64,000 bases of DNA from Desulfomonilia bacterium. Its GTDB lineage: Bacteria; Desulfobacterota; Desulfomonilia; UBA1062. Below, piece after piece: positions 1-8,766 of this stretch. Position numbers and translations under genes: made by a program. The notes below the pieces were generated by a model, which worked only from the letters and a program-made list of their open reading frames with translations, was not told where the DNA came from and made no database searches. The stretch is taken from contig JBEKDT010000011.1 in NCBI GenBank assembly GCA_050014195.1, forward strand, positions 32,001 through 96,000, written 5' to 3'. Position 1 is the first letter of the stretch; every line of letters starts with the position of its first letter.

Positions 1-2042
1 AGGGATATTTGGGCCGTATTGCCTGAATTGTCCGTGAGGGTGAGGTTAGTGTCTCCGGACAGCGATCCGCCGAATCCAGTCCCTGTGGTAGCTGCCTTTG
101 TAGCGGCCTGCGTGATCTGTACCTGATATGATCCCGTTGCGGTATTGTCTCCGGACCCTATGTAGGTAAGGTTGTTGTTTGTACTCGAACCTTGTGCGGC
201 AAAGAGGTTTACCACATCATTGAAATTGGTTTGCAGATATCCCTCGAGCTTGGTGCTGTTGATAGAGAGCTGCCCGGTCTGGTCTAAGTTGATCCCCACA
301 AGCCCCAGGGTGTTCAGCGTTGAATTGACACCGGTTACGCCCGATAGGATAGTATTCCGGATTGTCCACTTTATGGACTGCAATGTGGAATCGCCGAAGA
401 GCGGCGGCGTGGTGGCCGTTGTAGTCGTACTGCTTGAACTGCTTGTACTTGGAGTATACGTGAATTGGTTGGTGATCTCGGTCATGAGAGCGTTATATTT
501 CGATACGAAATCCGATATCTTCGACTCGATCCCCGAAGTATCCTGTGTGATGTTCAGGGTGATGGTCGAGTTCGGGTCTGCGCCAACGAGACTGATCGTC
601 GTGCCGGCGATGACATCGCTGATCTGGTTCGTATTACGGGTGATGGTGTTGCCATCCAGAGTGATAGTGGCATCAGCGCCTGCGACGATCTGGCGGCTCC
701 TGATTTTTGTCGGATCGCTGAACGTCCCCAAATTGAGACTCGAATTCGACGGCGTCAACGTAAGATCCAGATTCGATGAACCCGACGACCGGTTGTCCTC
801 CACCACAATGGCACCGTTGCTGTTTACATAGGCCGAGACCTGATTTCCGTAGGCGCTGTCAATGGCGGACAGTAAATCACCTACTGTGGAGTTTGCCGTC
901 ACGGTAAAGGTCGTGTTTACAGAAGCGTTAGGATCGCTGATTGCTATCGTGTCGGAACTTGTCCAGGTACTGTATCCATCGATGTTTTTCAGGAGGGTGC
1001 TATTGGTTATGGCCGACCCTCCGGTTGTATTCTGCGTGCTCCCTACTACTCCGTACACATCTGAGCTTGCTGAGTTGCCCTGTTCGAGAATACCAAGGGT
1101 CTGAAGGATGTTGCTCGCATCGGTAAAGGATTGGGTGCCGTTTATCTGGAGTGTGTAGGTCGTGTTTCCGGAGGAGTCTGTCTTTGAAACAATGGATGAG
1201 CTGATCCCGGCAGCATTGATTTTATCATTAATACTTTCCAATGAATCACTGGCCAGATTTATAGAGATGCTCTGACCGCCTATGGTAACCGTTCCCGATG
1301 CACCATTTGTGAGACCCAGGATGCTCTGGATGCTCTGTGTGGAACTGGAAAAGGCGGAAGATAATGCTCCACCCGTAAATGCATTACGTATTGAGGTGGT
1401 ACTGTCGGCAAAGCCAAGTTCACCCAGCACATTTGCTGCGGAGCCATTTGCCAGGACCATCCCGTTCTTGCCCGTATTCTGCGAGGTGAGGGTGAGTTGA
1501 TATTGGCCGGAGGCCACGGTAATTATGGACGCGATCACCCCTGAAGGGTTGGACCCGGAATTGAGGGCATTGATCTTGTTCTGAATAGAGGTGAGGCTGT
1601 CGGTAGTTGCAATGTTCACCGTGTGGCCGTTGATCACAAGGTCCCCTGATATGTTCAGGCCTGTCGAAAGGGAGTTGAAGTATTCCGAACCCAGTTTCTG
1701 TGCCTGTGCGAGGTTGTTTACAATCAGCGAATAACTCCCGGGGGATGCGTTTGACCCCACGGTAAAACTCGCTAGTTTACTGACATCAGTCGTTGTGCCG
1801 GTGGCACTTGCATTGGAGGTATAAAGATTGAAGTCGTCTAATGTGGAAAGAGCACTTGCGCTTGTCTGCAAAGCGGCAAGCTTGGTGTTGATTGTGGTCC
1901 ACTCGGTATATTGGCTTTGGAGCGTTGTCTTCTGATTCGTCAAGAGGGTTTCCGGCTGCCGCTCGACATCCATCATCTGGCTGATCAGACTCTGCCAATC
2001 CAACCCTGAAGACAAACCCACTATGGAATTCGTGCTTGACAT
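1..2042 (-). CDS. fliD: Flagellar filament cap protein FliD (long form; 3' end runs off the window)
   Basis: Absent from the ORF track because there is no stop in the window. Manual translation from ATG at 2042 gives MSSTNSIVGLSSGLDWQSLISQMMDVERQP...GSYSLIVNNLAQAQK, typical of the FliD N-terminus, and later ...DATITLDGNTITRNTNQISDVIAG...FVSKYNAL...LFGDSTL, typical of the FliD C-domain. GGAG-rich RBS; lies downstream of flaG. Confidence 0.93.
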   Translation of the reverse strand, partial: MSSTNSIVGLSSGLDWQSLISQMMDVERQPETLLTNQKTTLQSQYTEWTTINTKLAALQTSASALSTLDDFNLYTSNASATGTTTDVSKLASFTVGSNASPGSYSLIVNNLAQAQKLGSEYFNSLSTGLNISGDLVINGHTVNIATTDSLTSIQNKINALNSGSNPSGVIASIITVASGQYQLTLTSQNTGKNGMVLANGSAANVLGELGFADSTTSIRNAFTGGALSSAFSSSTQSIQSILGLTNGASGTVTIGGQSISINLASDSLESINDKINAAGISSSIVSKTDSSGNTTYTLQINGTQSFTDASNILQTLGILEQGNSASSDVYGVVGSTQNTTGGSAITNSTLLKNIDGYSTWTSSDTIAISDPNASVNTTFTVTANSTVGDLLSAIDSAYGNQVSAYVNSNGAIVVEDNRSSGSSNLDLTLTPSNSSLNLGTFSDPTKIRSRQIVAGADATITLDGNTITRNTNQISDVIAGTTISLVGADPNSTITLNITQDTSGIESKISDFVSKYNALMTEITNQFTYTPSTSSSSSTTTTATTPPLFGDSTLQSIKWTIRNTILSGVTGVNSTLNTLGLVGINLDQTGQLSINSTKLEGYLQTNFNDVVNLFAAQGSSTNNNLTYIGSGDNTATGSYQVQITQAATKAATTGTGFGGSLSGDTNLTLTDNSGNTAQIS

Positions 2043-2073
2043 GACGCTCCCCTCTCTCCTCAGAATACGGTCC

Positions 2074-2097
2074 AGGCCCCGACCGGAATCGGGGCCT
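2074..2097. other. GC-rich hairpin between flaG and fliD
   Basis: AGGCCCCGA-ccggaa-TCGGGGCCT, a perfect 9-bp stem with no U-tract. Confidence 0.5.
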
Positions 2098-2112
2098 AGG
2101 CTATTTTTACCT

Positions 2113-2484
2113 CTAGGCTTTCTCCTTCACAAGCAACCCGGACATCTCCTTGAGATGTTCCCTTATGCTGAGCACATCATCGGGTGGTATCTGCCTGATC
2201 ACTTTTCCCGTATCATCGTCCACTACCTTCACCACGATGTCATCCATCTTTCCATCGACAGTGAACTGGATGGAACTGTTATTGGACCTGAGTTGAGCGT
2301 TGATTGCATCCAGGTTCTGTTTGATCTCTTCGGCAGAAGGCTTATCTTTCTGAAGGACTTTTTGCGCTTGATCGCCACTCGTATCTTGAGATGCCTGGGC
2401 AATGGCCGGTGACCCCAAACCGATACCTACCATCCGGACAGGATCATTTGGTACGGTGCTTACCGAATCTATCTTCATGGCCAC
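2113..2484 (-). CDS. flaG: Flagellar protein FlaG
   Basis: IQFTVD...VVKVVDDDTGKVIRQIPPDDVL...GLLVKEKA FlaG signature; sits between fliC and fliD. Confidence 0.93.
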   Translation of the reverse strand: MAMKIDSVSTVPNDPVRMVGIGLGSPAIAQASQDTSGDQAQKVLQKDKPSAEEIKQNLDAINAQLRSNNSSIQFTVDGKMDDIVVKVVDDDTGKVIRQIPPDDVLSIREHLKEMSGLLVKEKA

Positions 2485-2501
2485 ACCCGCCTTTCTCCAG
2501 A

Positions 2502-2531
2502 GAGGATCACGGGGTCATCCCCGTGATCCTC
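2502..2531 (-). terminator. Stem-loop after fliC (partial terminator or mRNA stabiliser)
   Basis: GAGGATCACGGGG-tcat-CCCCGTGATCCTC, a perfect 13-bp stem 12 nt after the fliC stop; lacks a clear U-tract. Confidence 0.6.
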
Positions 2532-2543
2532 AATGAAGGTTCA

Positions 2544-3320
2544 TTATTTAAACAGGGTCAGGATATTCTGTGAGCTTGAGTTGGCCTGGGCCAGCATTGC
2601 GGTACCCGCCTGCTCCAGGATCTGGTTCTTGGTGAAGTTTGTCATCTCAGAGGCCATGTCGACATCCCTGATGGCCGATTGCTGGGAAGACATGTTCGTG
2701 ATCTCCGTCTGGAGGTTGTTATAGGCGTAGGTGAGCCGGTTCTGGGCTGCACCTATGGCAGCCAGATTATTGTCCACCGTGCCGATAGCAGTTGAAACAG
2801 TATCGATGGCAGCCGTGGCGCCTCCACCTGTCAAGGCTATTGAGGTAAGACCAAGGGTGCCTAAATCCATACTAGTTACAGCGACAGTGATCTGGGATGC
2901 CGTGCCCGAGGTATCACCAACCTGGAAGGTGCCACCTCCCCCAGGTGTGCTTGCCACGATGCGGGTGATTTCGCTTTTCAGCTGTTGGAATTCCTGATCT
3001 TCTGCGGTTCCTCCGTCTTGTGCCCCCTGGGTGGCCAGTTCCTTCATCCTCTCAAGGATGGTTTCAACCTGGTTTGCTGCACCCTCTGCAATAGACAAGC
3101 CGGCATTGGCTTCGGTGGTGTTCTGGGACGCAACGGTAAGGGACCTGATGTTGGAGCGGAGCCCGTTGGCAATGGACAGACCTGCGGCGTCATCCGATGC
3201 GCTGTTGATGCGGTAGCCGCTGGAGAGCTTCTGCTCGCTTTTGGTCATTGCGGCATCAGTATTGACTAAGTTGTTATGGGCGTAAAGTGCTGCGACGTTG
3301 GTGTTAATGGTAAGTGACAT
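2544..3320 (-). CDS. fliC: Flagellin (258 aa, minimal)
   Basis: MSLTINTNVAAL...LSSGYRINSASDDAAGLSIA and IGAAQNRL...IRDVDMASEMTNFTKNQILEQAGTAMLAQAN; start set at the ATG after the AAGGAGG RBS. Confidence 0.97.
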   Translation of the reverse strand: MSLTINTNVAALYAHNNLVNTDAAMTKSEQKLSSGYRINSASDDAAGLSIANGLRSNIRSLTVASQNTTEANAGLSIAEGAANQVETILERMKELATQGAQDGGTAEDQEFQQLKSEITRIVASTPGGGGTFQVGDTSGTASQITVAVTSMDLGTLGLTSIALTGGGATAAIDTVSTAIGTVDNNLAAIGAAQNRLTYAYNNLQTEITNMSSQQSAIRDVDMASEMTNFTKNQILEQAGTAMLAQANSSSQNILTLFK

Positions 3321-3350
3321 AATTGGATCCTCCTTGATTTTTTTGGTTTT

Positions 3351-3370
3351 CCCGACCATCCGTGGCCGGG
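3351..3370 (-). promoter_or_regulatory. Putative CsrA/RsmA binding hairpin in the fliC leader
   Basis: Minus strand CCCGGCC-ACGGAT-GGTCGGG puts GGA in a hexaloop ~30 nt upstream of the start; a second GGA overlaps the SD, as in CsrA-regulated flagellin mRNAs. Confidence 0.7.
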
Positions 3371-3458
3371 TTATTCATTTGTGATCAGCTTCCAGGTCCT
3401 GATCAAACCTTGTGTTCCCCTCACCTCCTTCCAGTTTGTTATTAATCTGCTAAGACAG

Positions 3459-3485
3459 TTATCGGCAAATATTCATGACACTTTA
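3459..3485 (-). promoter_or_regulatory. Sigma-28 (FliA) promoter of fliC
   Basis: Minus strand TAAA-N15-GCCGATAA, exact consensus. Confidence 0.92.
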
Positions 3486-3767
3486 AATATTTTTTCAAGA
3501 TCATCAAATTTCGCCCTCACTCAATGAGTGATCAGCTTTCACGGCGATCTTCAAATCATACTCTATTATATAAATGTCATATTGATACATATACTCAAAA
3601 ATATACCCTCCCCCGCTACTTAAAATTGCTAGAAAAAAACATACGCTGTTTCTGGTGCGTCAGAAAAACAATCCATAGTCACAGAGAAGTCAAAATATTG
3701 ACTCAAATTTCTTATTCTCCTTGCTCTGAGTGCTTGTTTCTATTGTATTTTTACTGCTAAGGTTTCA

Positions 3768-3783
3768 TGGCATGTTCCTTGCT
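3768..3783 (+). promoter_or_regulatory. Sigma-54 (-24/-12) promoter upstream of pseB
   Basis: TGGCATGTTCCTTGCT fits TGGCA-N6-TTGC (GG-N10-GC), ~170 nt before pseB. Confidence 0.75.
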
Positions 3784-3954
3784 GAAACCCTGTCGGATTA
3801 TGTCTTTTAACGGTTTTACAGGGCAGATGCTGATTCTGATCCTCGGCATGGGTATTCACCCCAAAGGGGCGGAGCCTACCTTATTGATGAAAAAGATAAA
3901 TGAAATGTCAGCTTCCCAACCGAACCGAAATCCTTAAAAAGGGGTAACAATTCA

Positions 3955-4983
3955 ATGAATACTATCCTAAAAGATAAGACAATCCTCCTTACTGGCGGCA
4001 CGGGCTCATTCGGCCGGGAATTCACGCGTATCATCTTAGAACAGCACAATCCCAAAGTCCTAAGGATTTTCTCACGGGATGAGCTCAAGCAGAGCCGCAT
4101 GCAATCGGCCTTAAACGATGAGCGGCTACGATTTTTTGTCGGCGATGTACGGGACCGCGAGCGCCTCTACCGCGCCATGACCGGCGTGGATATCGTTGTG
4201 CATGCAGCTGCATTGAAACAGGTCCCCTCATGCGAGTATAATCCCTTCGAGGCTGTGAAGACCAACATCCTCGGTGCACAAAATATCATTGATGCTGCTA
4301 TCGACAACAGGGTCCAGAAGGTGATCGCCCTGAGCACCGACAAGGCCGTTAATCCCATCAACCTTTACGGTGCTACTAAACTCTGTGCTGAGAAGATTTT
4401 TATTCACGGCAATTCATATTCCGGGGAGAAAGAAACCCGATTCAGCTGTGTCCGCTACGGCAATGTTTTAGGAAGCCGCGGGAGTGTCATCCCCATCTTC
4501 TTCGAGCAGAGAAAAACTGGCAAGATTACGATCACCGATGTGCGTATGACTCGTTTCTGGATAACCCTGACAAAGGCTGTTGCTCTCGTAGTCAAGGGCC
4601 TCAACTATATGAGGGGTGGTGAGATCTTCATTCCCAAGATTCCCAGCATGCGGATCACCGATCTTGCCGAGGCCGTTGCTCCCGAGTGTAAGATTGAGGT
4701 GATTGGACGGAGACCTGGGGAGAAACTCCATGAGATTCTTATTACGGAAGATGAAGGCATTCAGACCGTGTTTTTGGATGGGCTCTATGCCATCCTGCCA
4801 TCCAAAGGTTGGCTGAAGATGAAGCAGTATGATAATGGCACAAGGCTTCCGGAGGGTTTCACTTATATGAGCGATACGAATTGCGAATGGCTCTCCATAG
4901 ATGATCTCAGGGCCATGATTCAGAGCGATACCTTTAAAAACGAACCTGAGAATCGAAGACAAACAGGGACAGAACGTTTCTAG
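3955..4983 (+). CDS. pseB: UDP-N-acetylglucosamine 4,6-dehydratase (inverting)
   Basis: TGGTGSFG, FSRDELKQ, HAAALKQVP, STDKAVNPINLYGATK, VRYGNVLGSRGSV, RPGEKLHE. Confidence 0.95.
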   Translation: MNTILKDKTILLTGGTGSFGREFTRIILEQHNPKVLRIFSRDELKQSRMQSALNDERLRFFVGDVRDRERLYRAMTGVDIVVHAAALKQVPSCEYNPFEAVKTNILGAQNIIDAAIDNRVQKVIALSTDKAVNPINLYGATKLCAEKIFIHGNSYSGEKETRFSCVRYGNVLGSRGSVIPIFFEQRKTGKITITDVRMTRFWITLTKAVALVVKGLNYMRGGEIFIPKIPSMRITDLAEAVAPECKIEVIGRRPGEKLHEILITEDEGIQTVFLDGLYAILPSKGWLKMKQYDNGTRLPEGFTYMSDTNCEWLSIDDLRAMIQSDTFKNEPENRRQTGTERF

Positions 4984-4992
4984 GCAAGTGAA

Positions 4993-6141
4993 ATGGATAA
5001 GCCCATCCCCTATGGAAGACATAGCCTTGATGACGAGGATATCTCCGCCGTTGTCCAGGTGCTCCGGTCCGACTGGCTGACCACCGGACCGAAGGTGGCC
5101 GAGTTCGAAGCTGCTATCGCCACCTATACGGGCGCCCAGCACGCCGTGGCGGTGAACAGCGGGACAGCGGCGCTCCACTCCGCTCTTAACGCCTTAGACA
5201 TCAGGTGCGGAGACGAGGTTATTGTACCTGCCATCACCTTCCTGGCCACGGCCAATGCCGTGGTGTACCAAGGCGGGACACCTGTTTTCGCGGATATCTT
5301 GCCCGATACCCTGACCATTAATCCCGACAGTGTTGCAGAGCGAATATCTCCACGAACAAGGGCCGTCATCGCCGTCGATTATGCGGGACAGCCCTGCGCC
5401 TATGACGAACTCCAGGCACTCTGCGACAGGAAGGGCATCAAACTTGTCGCGGACGCCTGCCATTCGCTGGGCGCCGAATATAAGGGAAGAAAGTCCGGCA
5501 CGCTGGGGGTCCTCAACTGCCTGAGCTTTCATCCCGTCAAGCACATCACTACCGGCGAAGGCGGCATGATCCTTACGAATGAGGCGGCCTTTGCCGATAA
5601 AATGCGGCGCTTCAGGAACCATGGGATCACCCTCGATGCGCAAAAACGGCGCACGAAGGGAACATGGTACTATGAAATGAATGAACCGGGATACAATTAC
5701 AGGATTACGGACATCCAGTGCGCCCTTGGAATCAGCCAGCTTCGAAAACTCCCCGAATGGCTCGATAGGCGGCGTTCAATTGCCTCCCGGTATGATGAGG
5801 CTATCCGCGTTATCCCCGGCATGACCCCTCTGAGCGTACATAATCATGTCCGGCATGCATACCATCTCTATGTGATTCGACTCGATCAAACAATATACAA
5901 CCGTGCCGAGGTGTTCAAGGGCCTCCATGAGCTAGGTATCCTGGTAAATGTCCATTATATTCCCATCCATCTCCAGCCCTTTTACCGCATACATTACGGC
6001 ACATGCGAGGGCTTATGCCCTGTGGCCGAGCAGGCATATGAGGAAATCATCTCGCTACCTTTGTTCCCAACTATGCACGATGAAGATGTACAACGCATTA
6101 TTAAGGATATAAACCGGATATGCAGGCGGTTCGTTAAATGA
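4993..6141 (+). CDS. pseC: UDP-4-amino-4,6-dideoxy-N-acetyl-L-altrosamine transaminase
   Basis: IPYGRH, SDWLTTGP, DACHSLGA, SFHPVKHITTGEGG (DegT family, PseC type). Confidence 0.93.
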   Translation: MDKPIPYGRHSLDDEDISAVVQVLRSDWLTTGPKVAEFEAAIATYTGAQHAVAVNSGTAALHSALNALDIRCGDEVIVPAITFLATANAVVYQGGTPVFADILPDTLTINPDSVAERISPRTRAVIAVDYAGQPCAYDELQALCDRKGIKLVADACHSLGAEYKGRKSGTLGVLNCLSFHPVKHITTGEGGMILTNEAAFADKMRRFRNHGITLDAQKRRTKGTWYYEMNEPGYNYRITDIQCALGISQLRKLPEWLDRRRSIASRYDEAIRVIPGMTPLSVHNHVRHAYHLYVIRLDQTIYNRAEVFKGLHELGILVNVHYIPIHLQPFYRIHYGTCEGLCPVAEQAYEEIISLPLFPTMHDEDVQRIIKDINRICRRFVK

Positions 6142-7859
6142 AAATTGAATTCATAGCAGAAGTGTCAAGTAATCATAACCGCGATTTAGACCGTTGCCTT
6201 GCATTCATTGATAGGGCTGCTTCTGTTGGCTGCGCAGGCGTAAAGTTTCAACTCTTCAAGATACAGGAATTGTTCGCCCAGGAGATCTTAATTAAGAGCA
6301 AAAAGCACCGTCAACGTGAGGCATGGGAACTGCCAGTAGAATTCCTGCCAGAACTGTCTCAAAGGTGCCGTGAGCAGAAGATTAAATTCGGTTGTACACC
6401 TTTCTACCTCAAAGCCGTCAATGAACTCTATCCTTACGTGGATTTTTACAAGATTGCTTCCTACGAAATTCTTTGGAAGGAACTCTTAAAGTATTGCGCT
6501 TCAACAGGTAAGCCGGTGGTGCTTTCAACAGGCATGGCTGTTCTCGAAGAAGTACTCGCCGCTGTGGAGATACTTAAGGATGCTGGCTGCCGAGATCTTA
6601 CTTTGCTGCACTGTGTTTCGGGTTACCCGACTCCTCCCCAGGAATGTAATCTGGCAGCTATAGAGACACTTCGCCAGTCTACACAACTTCCGGTTGGCTG
6701 GTCAGATCATAGTGCCAATCCTGCTGTCATCACCCGCGCAGTGCACCGCTGGGGAGCAACTATGATCGAGCTCCATCTCGACATTGATGGGACCGGTGAA
6801 GAGTTTGCCATGGGCCATTGCTGGCTACCACATCAGATATCGCATGCCATAACAATGATTAGTGATGGCTATATTTCAGACGGAACGCGCGATAAGGGTC
6901 CAACGCCAATTGAAGTTGCAGACAGAGAATGGCGGGCTGATCCATGTGATGGATTACGTCCAATGAAAAGTATACGAAAGGACTACCAAGGTGATGAAAA
7001 GGTCTTTGATCAACCAATATTGCCCTCCCTTTCCGCAATTGAGGCGATGACTCGCAATTTACCGGAAGTGGATTTCAATTCGCATTTTTCACAAAATAAT
7101 GTATGGACTTCGCGAATTTTAGGTCTTGAACCCTTTCAACAAAAGCGAGATGAAGACTTGGTCACGCGGGAATATGAGAAAGATTCTTATAGTAAAATTC
7201 TTGATACCTACCGAGATAATCCTCAAATCCTGCGTCAATTAATAATCAAACCAGACCAAACACTCAGTGTAGTATCGTTGGGCGAACGTCTCTTATTGTC
7301 CCCATTAAATGTCTATTATACTATTGCTAGATACCACATGTGGAAAACTCTTCAATCTGAGCATAGCCCCTTTATATGCGAATTGGGGGCTGGATATGGC
7401 CCAAATCTGCTTTGGTATAAGGCCTATGGAGGACAAAGGCAAATCTATGCTGGTGAATATTCCGAAAGTGCCAGGATTTTAGGAGGCCTACTCGGACTCG
7501 AAATTCATTCATTCAATTTTTATCTTCCAGAAACTTACCGTTTCATTAAGGAACATTCTCTGCTGTTCACATCTCATGCAATTGAACAAATTCCAGACGC
7601 GAATGTCTTTATTGCAGCCCTCAAAGGTATCCGTGACCGAGTCAAGAGAGTCATTCATTTTGAACCTGTTTACCGGGAAGATAGGCGGACATTAATCGGA
7701 CTAATGCGGAACCGATATGCAAAAATCAATGATTACAATACAAATCTTATGGAATGCCTCAAGAATGATCCGGAAATCAATATTCTATCGTTTGAGCCTG
7801 ACCTGTATGGCATCAATCCTCTTAATCCCTCAAGTATCCTTGTCTGGGAGTTCCGTTAA
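6138..7859 (+). CDS. NeuB/PseI-family nonulosonate synthase fused to a C-terminal SAM-methyltransferase-like domain
   Basis: N-half has IAEVSSNHN, VKFQ, KIASYE, STGMA, LHCVSGYP, GWSDHS; C-half has ICELGAGYG and FTSHAIEQIP. Confidence 0.85.
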   Translation: MKIEFIAEVSSNHNRDLDRCLAFIDRAASVGCAGVKFQLFKIQELFAQEILIKSKKHRQREAWELPVEFLPELSQRCREQKIKFGCTPFYLKAVNELYPYVDFYKIASYEILWKELLKYCASTGKPVVLSTGMAVLEEVLAAVEILKDAGCRDLTLLHCVSGYPTPPQECNLAAIETLRQSTQLPVGWSDHSANPAVITRAVHRWGATMIELHLDIDGTGEEFAMGHCWLPHQISHAITMISDGYISDGTRDKGPTPIEVADREWRADPCDGLRPMKSIRKDYQGDEKVFDQPILPSLSAIEAMTRNLPEVDFNSHFSQNNVWTSRILGLEPFQQKRDEDLVTREYEKDSYSKILDTYRDNPQILRQLIIKPDQTLSVVSLGERLLLSPLNVYYTIARYHMWKTLQSEHSPFICELGAGYGPNLLWYKAYGGQRQIYAGEYSESARILGGLLGLEIHSFNFYLPETYRFIKEHSLLFTSHAIEQIPDANVFIAALKGIRDRVKRVIHFEPVYREDRRTLIGLMRNRYAKINDYNTNLMECLKNDPEINILSFEPDLYGINPLNPSSILVWEFR

Positions 7860-7978
7860 GAAAGTTTAAGGTATGCACGGCCTCATCATCTCTGCCAGCA
7901 TGGATCCTGATTGGTGCACTAACTCACTAGACAGTATCTAACTTTTGATAATCTTCAGACAAGAATCGGAGGCTCTTG

Positions 7979-8764
7979 ATGAATACAGCTATAGCGATCA
8001 TTCAGGCGCGTATGGGCTCCACGCGGCTACCCGGGAAGGTACTCAAGGAATTGAGAGGACATGCCATGCTCTGGCATATCGCACGACGCCTGCGGTCCGT
8101 GGCAGGACTTACCCGGATAGTGATTGCCACATCTGATGTCCCTGGCGACACTCCCCTACGAGATTTCGCAGCAGGCGAAGGTATTGATTGCTATGCGGGC
8201 AGTGAAAATGATGTCCTCGATCGATTCTACCAAGCCGCAGTCCAGTTTCAGGCCGATCCTATCGTACGGGTGACGGGTGACTGTCCCTTTGTGGACCCCG
8301 ACGTGATTGCTCGGCTGTTGGATCTCTATCGGACCGGTGGCTTCGATCATGTAGGCGTAGCCACGGGGGCGGGGGCTGTTTTTATGGACGGTGGCCGGTT
8401 TCCCGACGGACTGGATGCGGAGTGCTTCAGTTTTCAAGCCTTGCAACGGGCTTGGCGGGAGGCACGGGAGGCCAGCGACCGCGAGCATGTCACTCCCTAT
8501 CTCTGGCGTGTACCGGGCCGTTTCCGGAACGGCACGCTAAAGGCGGAAAAAGATTATGCAGATATGCGCTGGACCGTGGATAATGCAGACGACTTCACTG
8601 TGGTGCGCGCTGTCTATAATGCCCTTTACCGAGACGATCGCCCCTTCCTTATGCACGACATTATTGCATTTCTCGAACAGCATCCCGAGATCGCCCGGAT
8701 GAACCAAGCCTTTATCGGCAAAGAAGGCTATCGTGATGTATGGTCGCCGAATACGCAGGAGTAA
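7979..8764 (+). CDS. SpsF/PseF-like cytidylyltransferase
   Basis: IIQARMGSTRLPGKVL, GSENDVLDRF, VRVTGDCP, REHVTPY, RWTVDNADD. Confidence 0.88.
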   Translation: MNTAIAIIQARMGSTRLPGKVLKELRGHAMLWHIARRLRSVAGLTRIVIATSDVPGDTPLRDFAAGEGIDCYAGSENDVLDRFYQAAVQFQADPIVRVTGDCPFVDPDVIARLLDLYRTGGFDHVGVATGAGAVFMDGGRFPDGLDAECFSFQALQRAWREAREASDREHVTPYLWRVPGRFRNGTLKAEKDYADMRWTVDNADDFTVVRAVYNALYRDDRPFLMHDIIAFLEQHPEIARMNQAFIGKEGYRDVWSPNTQE

Positions 8765-8766
8765 TC

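Noticed and set aside
172-1998. Several ORFs of 60-219 aa in the track
   Set aside because: They are antisense or off-frame shadows of fliD, which the track missed because it has no stop in the window
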